A DNA stretch of 13,906 nt, taken from assembly GCA_038872135.1 (NCBI GenBank), contig JAVZGN010000023.1:1-13906 (forward strand), in the 5' to 3' direction. This DNA comes from Candidatus Hadarchaeales archaeon. GTDB lineage: Archaea; Hadarchaeota; Hadarchaeia; Hadarchaeales; Hadarchaeaceae. Positions 1 to 6,381 of this stretch are shown piece by piece; positions within the stretch are counted from its first letter, which is position 1; each line of letters starts with the position of its first letter. A program made the translations under genes and the position numbers. The notes below the pieces were generated by a model that was not told where the DNA came from, did not search any database, and worked only from the letters and a program-made list of their open reading frames with translations.

Positions 1-2
1 GA

Positions 3-119
3 CAAATTCTCTCTGATAACCCAAAAACGGGGATGAAGGTCAAGCCTGTGTGGGGCCGGCTCAGAATGCTCAGGGGAAAGGAAATCTACGGTTTCAGGTT
101 TGAGCCCAATGTTAAGTAA
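3..119 (+). CDS. 3' end of a Zn-ribbon/OB-fold (DUF35-type) protein, partial at the window start
   Basis: Manual translation of frame 3 gives QILSDNPKTGMKVKPVWGRLRMLRGKEIYGFRFEPNVK*. The GMKVKPVW..L and YGFRFEP motifs resemble the DUF35 OB-fold C-terminus. The stop TAA (117-119) lies inside the IS left inverted repeat. Confidence 0.7.
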   Translation, partial: QILSDNPKTGMKVKPVWGRLRMLRGKEIYGFRFEPNVK

Positions 120-135
120 ACTTTCTAAGTTAACA
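110..135 (+). repeat. IS left terminal inverted repeat
   Basis: 23/26 match to the reverse complement of 1423-1448; starts with TGT. Confidence 0.9.
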
Positions 136-161
136 CTTTCCGTGGCCTTGTCTCCAACCGT

Positions 162-192
162 TATCTTTAAATAGGGATATATATTTAAGATA
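162..192 (+). promoter_or_regulatory. TATA box (TTTAAATA, 166-173) inside an imperfect inverted repeat; probable promoter/operator of the IS genes
   Basis: TATCTTTAAATA (162-173) pairs with TATTTAAGATA (182-192; reverse complement TATCTTAAATA). The ATG at 202 is at leaderless-mRNA distance from the TATA box. Confidence 0.5.
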
Positions 193-201
193 TATGATAG
201 G

Positions 202-363
202 ATGCCTGGGAAAATAACCTCAACCCAGATATGGGTAGTCATTCCCGAGGATGTGGAGGAAGTCCTGAAGAGAAAAGTCACTCCCTTCGGGACCGGCGCC
301 AAGGTCGGCTGTCCCAAAGAGCACATCGGTAAAACAGCCTACCTCGTGGTGTGCAAGAAGTAG
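202..363 (+). CDS. DUF2080 family transposon-associated small protein (53 aa; not in the ORF track)
   Basis: MPGKITSTQIWVVIPEDVEEVLKRKVTPFGTGAKVGCPKEHIGKTAYLVVCKK*. The KVTPFGTGAKV..PKE.IGK.AY.VV pattern is characteristic of DUF2080. Confidence 0.8.
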   Translation: MPGKITSTQIWVVIPEDVEEVLKRKVTPFGTGAKVGCPKEHIGKTAYLVVCKK

Positions 364-387
364 CGAGAAGGCACAAATGAGGGGCTA

Positions 388-1308
388 TTGAAGGGGGGTG
401 ACCACCTGGCGAAGCCACACAAGCCAGCCAAACCGAGATTGACGCCCGAGCAGCGCCGCCAGATGGTCAAAATGGTTAGGGCGGGGGTAAAGAAAAAGCT
501 AGCGGCTAAAACATTTGGAGTGAGCAGACAAACAGTCTGGAAGTGGTGCAAACGCGCCCACCACAGAGGAAACGAGAGCTTCCGAGACCTTCCCAGGAAG
601 CCAAAGAAGAGCAAGATCACGGATAAAGTGGAATTCTCAATAGTCGAGCTCAAAACCAAGTTCGGGTGGGGGACGGAGCGCATAAGGCGAGCGTTATGGA
701 ACATCCCGAAGTATGTGCGCCAGGTGCTGGTCGCATGCGTCCAGAGGCTCCGCCTCTCCAGAACCGCGATAAATGGAGTTCTGAAGCGATTTGGGCTCAA
801 CGGCTATGGGAGGAAGGAGCGGGCTTGGAAGTTCTTCAGGGCAAAACACCCTGATGAGCTGTGGCAGCTCGACATCAAAGGGCCGTTCTGGCTCCATGGA
901 CAGAGGTACTGGTTTCCCATTTGTGTGGACGACTACAGCCGCTACCTCCTCCTCTTCGAGTGCCTCGACCACGAGCCGACCACCGATGAACTCACCGAGC
1001 TCTTGGACAGATGCTCCCGCAAGCCGAAAAACATCCTCACAGATCGTGGCGGTCAGTTCCAGGAGACATGGAAACGGTGGTGTAGGGAGCGGAAGATAGA
1101 ACCCCTCTATGCCCATCCCTACTACCCGCAGGATAAAGGCAAAGTTGAGCGGACGATCAGGAACATCGCAGAGGAGTTCATCAACTTGCTGAGGAAGTTC
1201 CCGGAGTGGTTCAGCTGTAGGGAGGAGTACAGGCAATGGTACAACAGGCATAGATTTCATTGCGGGATTAACGCTAGGCCGGCGGAGCTGTATCCAGCGT
1301 TAATCTGA
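388..1308 (+). CDS. IS481-family DDE transposase (N-terminal HTH + rve integrase core)
   Basis: HTH segment AAKTFGVSRQTVWKW; catalytic motifs WQLDIKG, VDDYSRY, ILTDRGGQF and PQDKGKVER, followed by WYN..RFH. The true start may be CTG at 406, which follows a GGGGGTGA RBS. Confidence 0.92.
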   Translation: MKGGDHLAKPHKPAKPRLTPEQRRQMVKMVRAGVKKKLAAKTFGVSRQTVWKWCKRAHHRGNESFRDLPRKPKKSKITDKVEFSIVELKTKFGWGTERIRRALWNIPKYVRQVLVACVQRLRLSRTAINGVLKRFGLNGYGRKERAWKFFRAKHPDELWQLDIKGPFWLHGQRYWFPICVDDYSRYLLLFECLDHEPTTDELTELLDRCSRKPKNILTDRGGQFQETWKRWCRERKIEPLYAHPYYPQDKGKVERTIRNIAEEFINLLRKFPEWFSCREEYRQWYNRHRFHCGINARPAELYPALI

Positions 1309-1422
1309 GGGCAAAATTACTGTCTGGTCTCACCCAGACATTTCACTTCCCAGAAAAACATCCGTCAGCGAGTTTAGCAAGCATTCAAGGATTGTCGCAT
1401 GGGGGTGCCTATTTGGCTGTTA

Positions 1423-1448
1423 TGTCAACTTGGAAACTTTACTTAACA
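1423..1448 (-). repeat. IS right terminal inverted repeat
   Basis: Ends ...ACTTAACA; its reverse complement matches 110-135 at 23/26 positions. Confidence 0.9.
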
Positions 1449-1528
1449 GGTGGGGCAAAAGAATTTTGTCCAGTAATACATAGTTGTGGAGAAAAATGGG
1501 GCCGTTTCCCATTTCCAAACGATTCCTG

Positions 1529-1702
1529 TCAGATCATCCCAGACCTGAACTTTTCCATGATGCTTCTTTTACTCCTGGGCATAAATTTGTAAAGAAATCT
1601 GTTCACTTCTTCTAGCCACTCCAGCTTTTGTTCTGGAGACAATGCAACATAATTGATTATGGCTTCTTTTGTAACGCTGTATCTGAACCCTTTCCTTCCC
1701 AC
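1529..1702 (-). CDS. Small 57-aa protein coupled to the nucleotidyltransferase gene; probable partner in a toxin-antitoxin-like pair (not in the ORF track)
   Basis: GTG start 1 nt after the upstream stop, with AGGAGG upstream. Sequence MGRKGFRYSVTKEAIINYVALSPEQKLEWLEEVNRFLYKFMPRSKRSIMEKFRSGMI*. The SPEQKLEWLEE helix resembles small genes found beside such NTases. Confidence 0.65.
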   Translation of the reverse strand: MGRKGFRYSVTKEAIINYVALSPEQKLEWLEEVNRFLYKFMPRSKRSIMEKFRSGMI

Positions 1703-1703
1703 C

Positions 1704-2194
1704 TCAGGCCCTCCTCCTTATTTTTTTAACTTTTCTTAAGGCCTCAATGTCGGACAAATCCTGCAAACGTTTCGAGCGTTTTTTCAAAGCGATCAAATCA
1801 TCTAGTGATATGAGGGGTATTGCCACGTCCTTAGCGGTTATAAATTCTACTCGCTCATAAACCTGCCCAAAGTCAAATGGATGATCTAGGATGATGTCTA
1901 CTTCTTCGTAGGGTATTTTAGGATTTTTAAAGCTAAAGGCTCTCATTCCTTTTTCTTTAACCCACCTTTTCAAATTATCGGGAGTTATGTCGGTGAAACT
2001 CACAGGTGCCCGCGGCCTGTATCCAAGTTTTTTCATGACACTCATGAACTTGGCGAAGTTAGAACTTGATCAAGGAGTATATCCAAATCAGCTGTTGCTC
2101 GCGGGACGCCGTGTAGGTTCACGGCTATTCCTCCAGCCAGGATATATCTGATTCTCTTTGCATTTAATTCCCGCAAGACTTTTTCGTAGTACAT
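1704..2194 (-). pseudogene. Pol-beta-superfamily nucleotidyltransferase (DUF6036/AbiEii-like), split by a frameshift near 2065-2072
   Basis: 2194-2042 encodes MYYEKVLRELNAKRIRYILAGGIAVNLHGVPRATADLDILLD (GG.AV..HG..R.T.D.D motif) and stops soon after. The continuation SSNFAKFMSVMKKLGY...EVDI...ISLDDLIALKKRSKRLQDLSDIEAL is in a different frame (ORF 1704-2045). Confidence 0.8.
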
Positions 2195-2402
2195 CAAATC
2201 AACGAAAGCCGAGAAGTGTAAAAGCTTTTACTGGGTAGTGATTGTTTTCTACATCTCCAACTGTGATTCTCGCCTCCTCCTATCAGACCTTGAGGGCCCA
2301 AATGAGCTTTGCTCCATTCCTTTCTCGAATATCACTCTTGTGTTCAACACACCCCTTCACTCATTGCCGTCCTGAATCATGAAGTTCGTCACATAAAAGA
2401 GG

Positions 2403-2474
2403 TGGGCCCGCGGGGATTCGAACCCCGGTTTTCACCGTGTGAGGGTGATGTCGTGACCACTGGACCACGGGCCC
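2403..2474 (-). tRNA. tRNA-Val (anticodon CAC), intronless, full CCA not encoded
   Basis: Reverse complement reads GGGCCCGTGGTCCAGTGGTCACGACATCACCCTCACACGGTGAAAACCGGGGTTCGAATCCCCGCGGGCCCA. Acceptor stem GGGCCCG/CGGGCCC, anticodon arm TCACC-CTCACAC-GGTGA, T-loop GTTCGAATC. Confidence 0.96.
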
Positions 2475-2504
2475 AGTAAAGACTTTGTGTGAGAATATTA
2501 AGAC

Positions 2505-2535
2505 ATTCGTTACATGAATAATTTATAAATAATTT
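2505..2535. promoter_or_regulatory. AT-rich divergent promoter region (TTTATAAATA) between the tRNA and the pilin-like gene
   Basis: AATAATTTATAAATAATTT lies at ~2517-2535, about 25-30 nt upstream of the 2558 ATG and upstream of the divergent tRNA. Confidence 0.5.
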
Positions 2536-2557
2536 CACCGACCTTGTATCGGTGAGT

Positions 2558-3070
2558 ATGAGGGACGAAGAGAACGCGGTGAGCGCGCAACTGATCATCC
2601 TGCTGAGCATTGTGGTTGCGGTTGGGGCAGCAATACTCGTTGTGGGGGCGGGCATGCTGACCCTACGGGGGGGAACTTCAGGCGGCGGGGCATCGGGAGG
2701 ACTTTCTGAGAATTACTTCTCCGTTGACGCAGTTTACTTTGAAAATTTCGTCGATTTCATGGGGCATGTTTCGGAGGATACATTTGGCTTGGTGGTTGAG
2801 ATAACCAGCGGTGGGAGAGGTGTGAGGGAGTGGTCGATTGGGATTGATTACGGCGATGGGATAGGCTTCGTTGACAATGTAGTGGAAGGAGGATTTGGAG
2901 GACACCCCAATCCCGAAACGCACCAGATTAAGCTGAAGGAGGGCGTGAGCAAGTGGTACCTTGATGGGCGCATGCATCCCATCCCGGGACAGAGCTACTA
3001 TGTGAAGCTTACCTTCAGCCTCAGCGATAATTCTGTCTTCATCTGGGATGGATACGCAGGTTATCGCTAG
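2558..3070 (+). CDS. Archaeal type IV pilin/archaellin-like protein with a class III signal peptide
   Basis: MRDEENA|VSAQLIILLSIVVAVGAAILVVGAG is a short charged leader followed by AVS and a hydrophobic helix. A Gly/Ser linker and a beta-rich domain follow. GGTGAG RBS precedes ATG 2558 (the track start is GTG 2552). Confidence 0.65.
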   Translation: MRDEENAVSAQLIILLSIVVAVGAAILVVGAGMLTLRGGTSGGGASGGLSENYFSVDAVYFENFVDFMGHVSEDTFGLVVEITSGGRGVREWSIGIDYGDGIGFVDNVVEGGFGGHPNPETHQIKLKEGVSKWYLDGRMHPIPGQSYYVKLTFSLSDNSVFIWDGYAGYR

Positions 3071-3349
3071 GTTTCATGGCGCCGGGTTTAGGGATCACAA
3101 TTTCAAGCCTCCGGTACCTCACTGAGACCCTGAACCATTTTCCCCATCCCGCTACGAGGATTATTCATCTGCTTTATTCCCTTCCTCGAACAGGAATTTG
3201 GCGGAATTTTTGAGCACTGGAGTTTAGCATGTGTATGAAACCCTCGCCGTTATTTTCGCTTTCCGCAGGTTCGGTGATTTACATGCACAAAGTTGGCTGC
3301 AAAAGCTAACCCTCAGAGAAGCGGGCGGGAGATGAATCGCGAGTTTTCC

Positions 3350-3757
3350 TTAAATTCTTTCGGCGCCTGGCTGTATTATCTCAACTACTCCGTTATCTGC
3401 ATCAACACTCAAAATGTCACCGGTTTTTAGTCTGCTTATGTCTATCTTGTCAACACATGGGATTCCAGCGAGGATAACTCCTGTAGCAACTATCGTCTCC
3501 GTCTCTGCGTTAACTATCGCTGCCGGGGCAACTCCATTTTTCTTCAGCCCATAAATCACATAGGAGCCGACGGTTGACCCCTTCCCCTTTGGAAAAACCA
3601 AAATCTTGTCTTTAACGCACTGCCCCTCCAGCTCATGTCCTTTCTCAATGACCACCCCCGTCTTTGGATCTACTCCACCATAGAAGCTGAGAGGGGTCCT
3701 GGAAACTAGCGCCACTCCCGTTGCCTTCCCCGGGCTTATGACTCTACCCTTCAGCAT
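3350..3757 (-). CDS. Aconitase X swiveling-domain subunit (DUF126); putative phosphomevalonate dehydratase small subunit
   Basis: Motifs LSFYGGVDPKTG..IEKGHEL.G, ILVFPKGKGSTVGSYVIY and ETIVATG. Overlaps the stop of the AcnX large subunit. Confidence 0.92.
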   Translation of the reverse strand: MLKGRVISPGKATGVALVSRTPLSFYGGVDPKTGVVIEKGHELEGQCVKDKILVFPKGKGSTVGSYVIYGLKKNGVAPAAIVNAETETIVATGVILAGIPCVDKIDISRLKTGDILSVDADNGVVEIIQPGAERI

Positions 3758-4938
3758 GAATACTCCTCCAGCAGCTCCTCGACACTTTTGAAAATCACCT
3801 GCTGCTTGCAGAACCCCGGGAGATAGTTTCCAGCCTTTCCAGAGTCGACTGCCACTGTCTTGAAGCCTAGCCTTTCGATTGGAGAGACAACTGCGCAGGT
3901 ATCTGCGACAACTTTTCCCCCGGCGGCCTCAATCTTCTGGACAAGCCCGAGCCGGGTTGCGGCATCCTTTGTGGCCCGGGCGGTGCATACCCAAAGGGGC
4001 TTCTTGAGCTTTTTTCCCTCGAGCATCCCAGCGATTTTTGAAATCTCCTTCAGAGAGGCGTGTGGGCAACCTAAGATTATGATGTCTGGCTCATCCCCTG
4101 TGTTGAGCTTCTCATAGGCTTCCTTTATTTCCCTTCCTGTTACCTCAATCTTCTCCAGCCCCGAGGGATTGAAAAGTGCAGCCTCTGGTGTTATTCCCTC
4201 GACGTGATATAGAGCAACTGCCCCGGAAGCCGCCATCGCTGCCCCAAGGGCCTTCAGCTGATCAACATCTGCCTCCTTGATTCCCCGGAAATAGGGAATG
4301 CCATCCTTTACTATCTTTCCCACATGATATCCCAATGCCCCGAAATCTGCGTTTGTCTTCAATTCTTCCTTCACCTCAATCAACATCGTTGGCCTCCTAT
4401 TCTCCGTTAAATGCAGGCCATAGTTTGGTGTCACTCCGCAGAGGGCTGCCGCAAGAGCCGATGGCCCTCCCTCCCTGTTAGTGCGCGCTCCGAGAACTGA
4501 ATTTGCAAATGAAACGGCGGAAGATTCAGACCAGGCGATGTGCTCTCCAAACCTCGGAAGATTCCCAACCAGATAGGGGGTGCAGGTGGCAGTGGTCATT
4601 ATCCCCATCTGCTTGAAGGCCTCAATTATCCTCATCTGCTTCTCAGCGAAATCTTGAGGGAAACCAAGCGCCTTCCAGTCGACCAGATCCATGCCTGGGG
4701 GATTCAAGGTGGTTGGGACCCTGACTTTTGCTCCCTTTGCAGCGATGTCCTCCAGAAACTCTAGCCCAGGATCCCCAATGGACTTGTAGGAAACGCCGGC
4801 CACCTGAACGGAGCTCACGGGGATCATCCTGTCTGCGCCGTATATCTCACCGAGTCTGACCAAGAGGCGGAAGTTGCGCTCGATCACTTCCCCGTAGGCT
4901 CCGGCGAGCATCTCCTCCTGCTCTTTTGTCAGATACAT
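3751..4938 (-). CDS. Aconitase X catalytic subunit (DUF521); putative phosphomevalonate dehydratase large subunit of the archaeal mevalonate pathway
   Basis: MYLTKEQEEML start, plus SGVSY-like AGVSYKSIGD, TCTPY, AWSESSAV.FANSVLGARTNREGGP, GCPHAS and DTCAVVSP motifs. Start moved from 4992 to ATG 4938. Confidence 0.93.
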   Translation of the reverse strand: MYLTKEQEEMLAGAYGEVIERNFRLLVRLGEIYGADRMIPVSSVQVAGVSYKSIGDPGLEFLEDIAAKGAKVRVPTTLNPPGMDLVDWKALGFPQDFAEKQMRIIEAFKQMGIMTTATCTPYLVGNLPRFGEHIAWSESSAVSFANSVLGARTNREGGPSALAAALCGVTPNYGLHLTENRRPTMLIEVKEELKTNADFGALGYHVGKIVKDGIPYFRGIKEADVDQLKALGAAMAASGAVALYHVEGITPEAALFNPSGLEKIEVTGREIKEAYEKLNTGDEPDIIILGCPHASLKEISKIAGMLEGKKLKKPLWVCTARATKDAATRLGLVQKIEAAGGKVVADTCAVVSPIERLGFKTVAVDSGKAGNYLPGFCKQQVIFKSVEELLEEYSC

Positions 4939-4969
4939 GCAAAAATCAATCTGCTTCCTATTCTTTAAA

Positions 4970-6331
4970 TTATTTGAGCATCTTCTCCTCAAACTCCTGG
5001 AGGTGCTTCACCGAGCGCTTGACGTCTATGAAGAGCTTGTTGGCTTTCACGATGTGCTCCTTTGTGACCTTCTTCGACTTTTCTGCTGCAGCTATTTCTG
5101 CCGCTGGGGCGAGGAGCTGGACGGCATATCTGAGAGAAGCTTCTGCCCCGATGTCGGCGAGGTATTCAATGGCATCCTCCTCCACCGCCACCTTCTCGGC
5201 CTTCGCTCTTATCTTCAGGATTTCCAGGATTTCCTCCCTGGTGTAGGGTTTGGTGGGGATTATGAGAAGTCTGTCGAGAAGGTCTATGGGCATCCCGTGG
5301 GGGGAGATGAAATCTGTTCCTCGGACGGAGGTTATTCCCCGGTTTGTTGCGAAAATCACGATTGGGGCCAGATCCTGCTCCATCCCCCGCCCGATGAATG
5401 AAAATGTTTCTATGTCGAGCATCGAGCACTCATCGATGAAAACCACTCCTGGAAGGATCTCGGCCTTTCCCTCTTCAACCCACCCCCTCACCATCTCGTC
5501 GACCTCAGCTCTCGTTTCATTTGAAATTTCCTTGCGCTCCTCCCCTCCGAAGAAGAGGCTGAAGACACTGGTTCCTGCTCTAGACTGGGCGACATCGAGG
5601 TCATGGAGGGTCACCGGATAGACGAACTCTTTGTGCTTCAGCACTGGCCCATCGGGGACTTCCACAACTGGAACTGTCGCGAGATCTGCCTTCTCCTTCT
5701 CTGCTGCCTCTTTTGACCTCCCGAGCTTTGCAACCCTCCCAGAGTCTGCATCTATCTGAACGACATCCCCGGTTTCCACACCCTGTCTGATCAGAGAGAT
5801 TGCAAACCCCTGATCCATCTTGAGGGTCTGGGTGGCGTCCTTGGTTGCCAACTTGATTGTGCCTCCAACTGGGATTTTTGTGTAGGGGTTGTAGGGGTGG
5901 GGCTGCTGGTCTATTCTCAATTCCTTGACCTCTCCCTCGTAAATTCTGCGCATTTCATGAATCCTGAGGCCGATCGCTTTCCTCAATGCCTGGGTCAAAA
6001 ACTCTGTTTTCTTTATCTCTGCAGAATAGATTTCTGAGGCGGTGAGGGGGACAAAGGGGACGTCCTTCCCGAGCTCTTTTGCTATTCCTATTGCAATGGC
6101 GGTCTTCCCGGTTCCAGGGGGTCCTGCGAGAAGAATGGCTCTTCCAGCAAACTTCCCTTTCTTGATCATTTGAACCACTACTCCCGCAGCTTCTCTCGCC
6201 TCTTTCTGGCCGACCATCCCTGCCGCTATTGGTTTTGCCTTTAAACCATCGAGGCCGAGGCCTAGGATGTGGGAGTGGGCGGCTACCCTTTCCCACTCTT
6301 TCAAATCGCGAGAAACCTGAATCTCTTCCAT
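4970..6331 (-). CDS. TIP49/RuvB-like AAA+ ATPase (archaeal RUVBL1/2 homolog)
   Basis: HSHILGLGLD, Walker A GPPGTGKT, EIYSAEIKKTEFL, VTLHDLD, Walker B FIDEC, ATNRG, PHGMPIDLLDR and SLRYAVQLL. Confidence 0.96.
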   Translation of the reverse strand: MEEIQVSRDLKEWERVAAHSHILGLGLDGLKAKPIAAGMVGQKEAREAAGVVVQMIKKGKFAGRAILLAGPPGTGKTAIAIGIAKELGKDVPFVPLTASEIYSAEIKKTEFLTQALRKAIGLRIHEMRRIYEGEVKELRIDQQPHPYNPYTKIPVGGTIKLATKDATQTLKMDQGFAISLIRQGVETGDVVQIDADSGRVAKLGRSKEAAEKEKADLATVPVVEVPDGPVLKHKEFVYPVTLHDLDVAQSRAGTSVFSLFFGGEERKEISNETRAEVDEMVRGWVEEGKAEILPGVVFIDECSMLDIETFSFIGRGMEQDLAPIVIFATNRGITSVRGTDFISPHGMPIDLLDRLLIIPTKPYTREEILEILKIRAKAEKVAVEEDAIEYLADIGAEASLRYAVQLLAPAAEIAAAEKSKKVTKEHIVKANKLFIDVKRSVKHLQEFEEKMLK

Positions 6332-6353
6332 GGAAATTCCATATACTAATTTT

Positions 6354-6370
6354 ATTTTTTAAAAATTTTC
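6354..6370 (-). promoter_or_regulatory. BRE/TATA promoter of the TIP49 gene (probably leaderless)
   Basis: The minus strand reads GAAAATTTTTAAAAAAT about 25-35 nt upstream of ATG 6331. Confidence 0.55.
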
Positions 6371-6381
6371 TGGGGCTTCAG

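Larger units (their letters stand above)
110..1448 (+). mobile_element. IS481-family insertion sequence (1339 bp) with a DUF2080 passenger gene and a transposase
   Basis: The element has TGT...ACA ends. The left end 110-135 (TGTTAAGTAAACTTTCTAAGTTAACA) matches the reverse complement of 1423-1448 (TGTTAAGTAAAGTTTCCAAGTTGACA) at 23/26 positions. It encloses a single-ORF HTH + rve DDE transposase. No target-site duplication is visible. Confidence 0.88.

Noticed and set aside
339-1260. Alternative-frame and antisense ORFs over the transposase (also those over AcnX, TIP49, the antiporter and minD)
   Set aside because: They overlap well-supported genes and show no recognisable motifs.
1321-1340. 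Hairpin TGTCTGG-N6-CCAGACA after the transposase stop
   Set aside because: A 7-bp stem could be a terminator or chance; too little support to call.
1392-1592. 66-aa ORF
   Set aside because: It spans the IS right end and is antisense to the 57-aa gene, so it is probably spurious.
2389-2655. 88-aa minus-strand ORF
   Set aside because: It overlaps tRNA-Val and is antisense to the pilin-like gene.
3071-3349. Intergenic region between convergent genes as an ncRNA or gene remnant
   Set aside because: I found no recognisable RNA motif, repeat or credible ORF.
6341-6370. AT-rich tract as a replication-origin unwinding element
   Set aside because: It is short and adequately explained as the TIP49 promoter; no ORB consensus or cdc6 gene is in the window.
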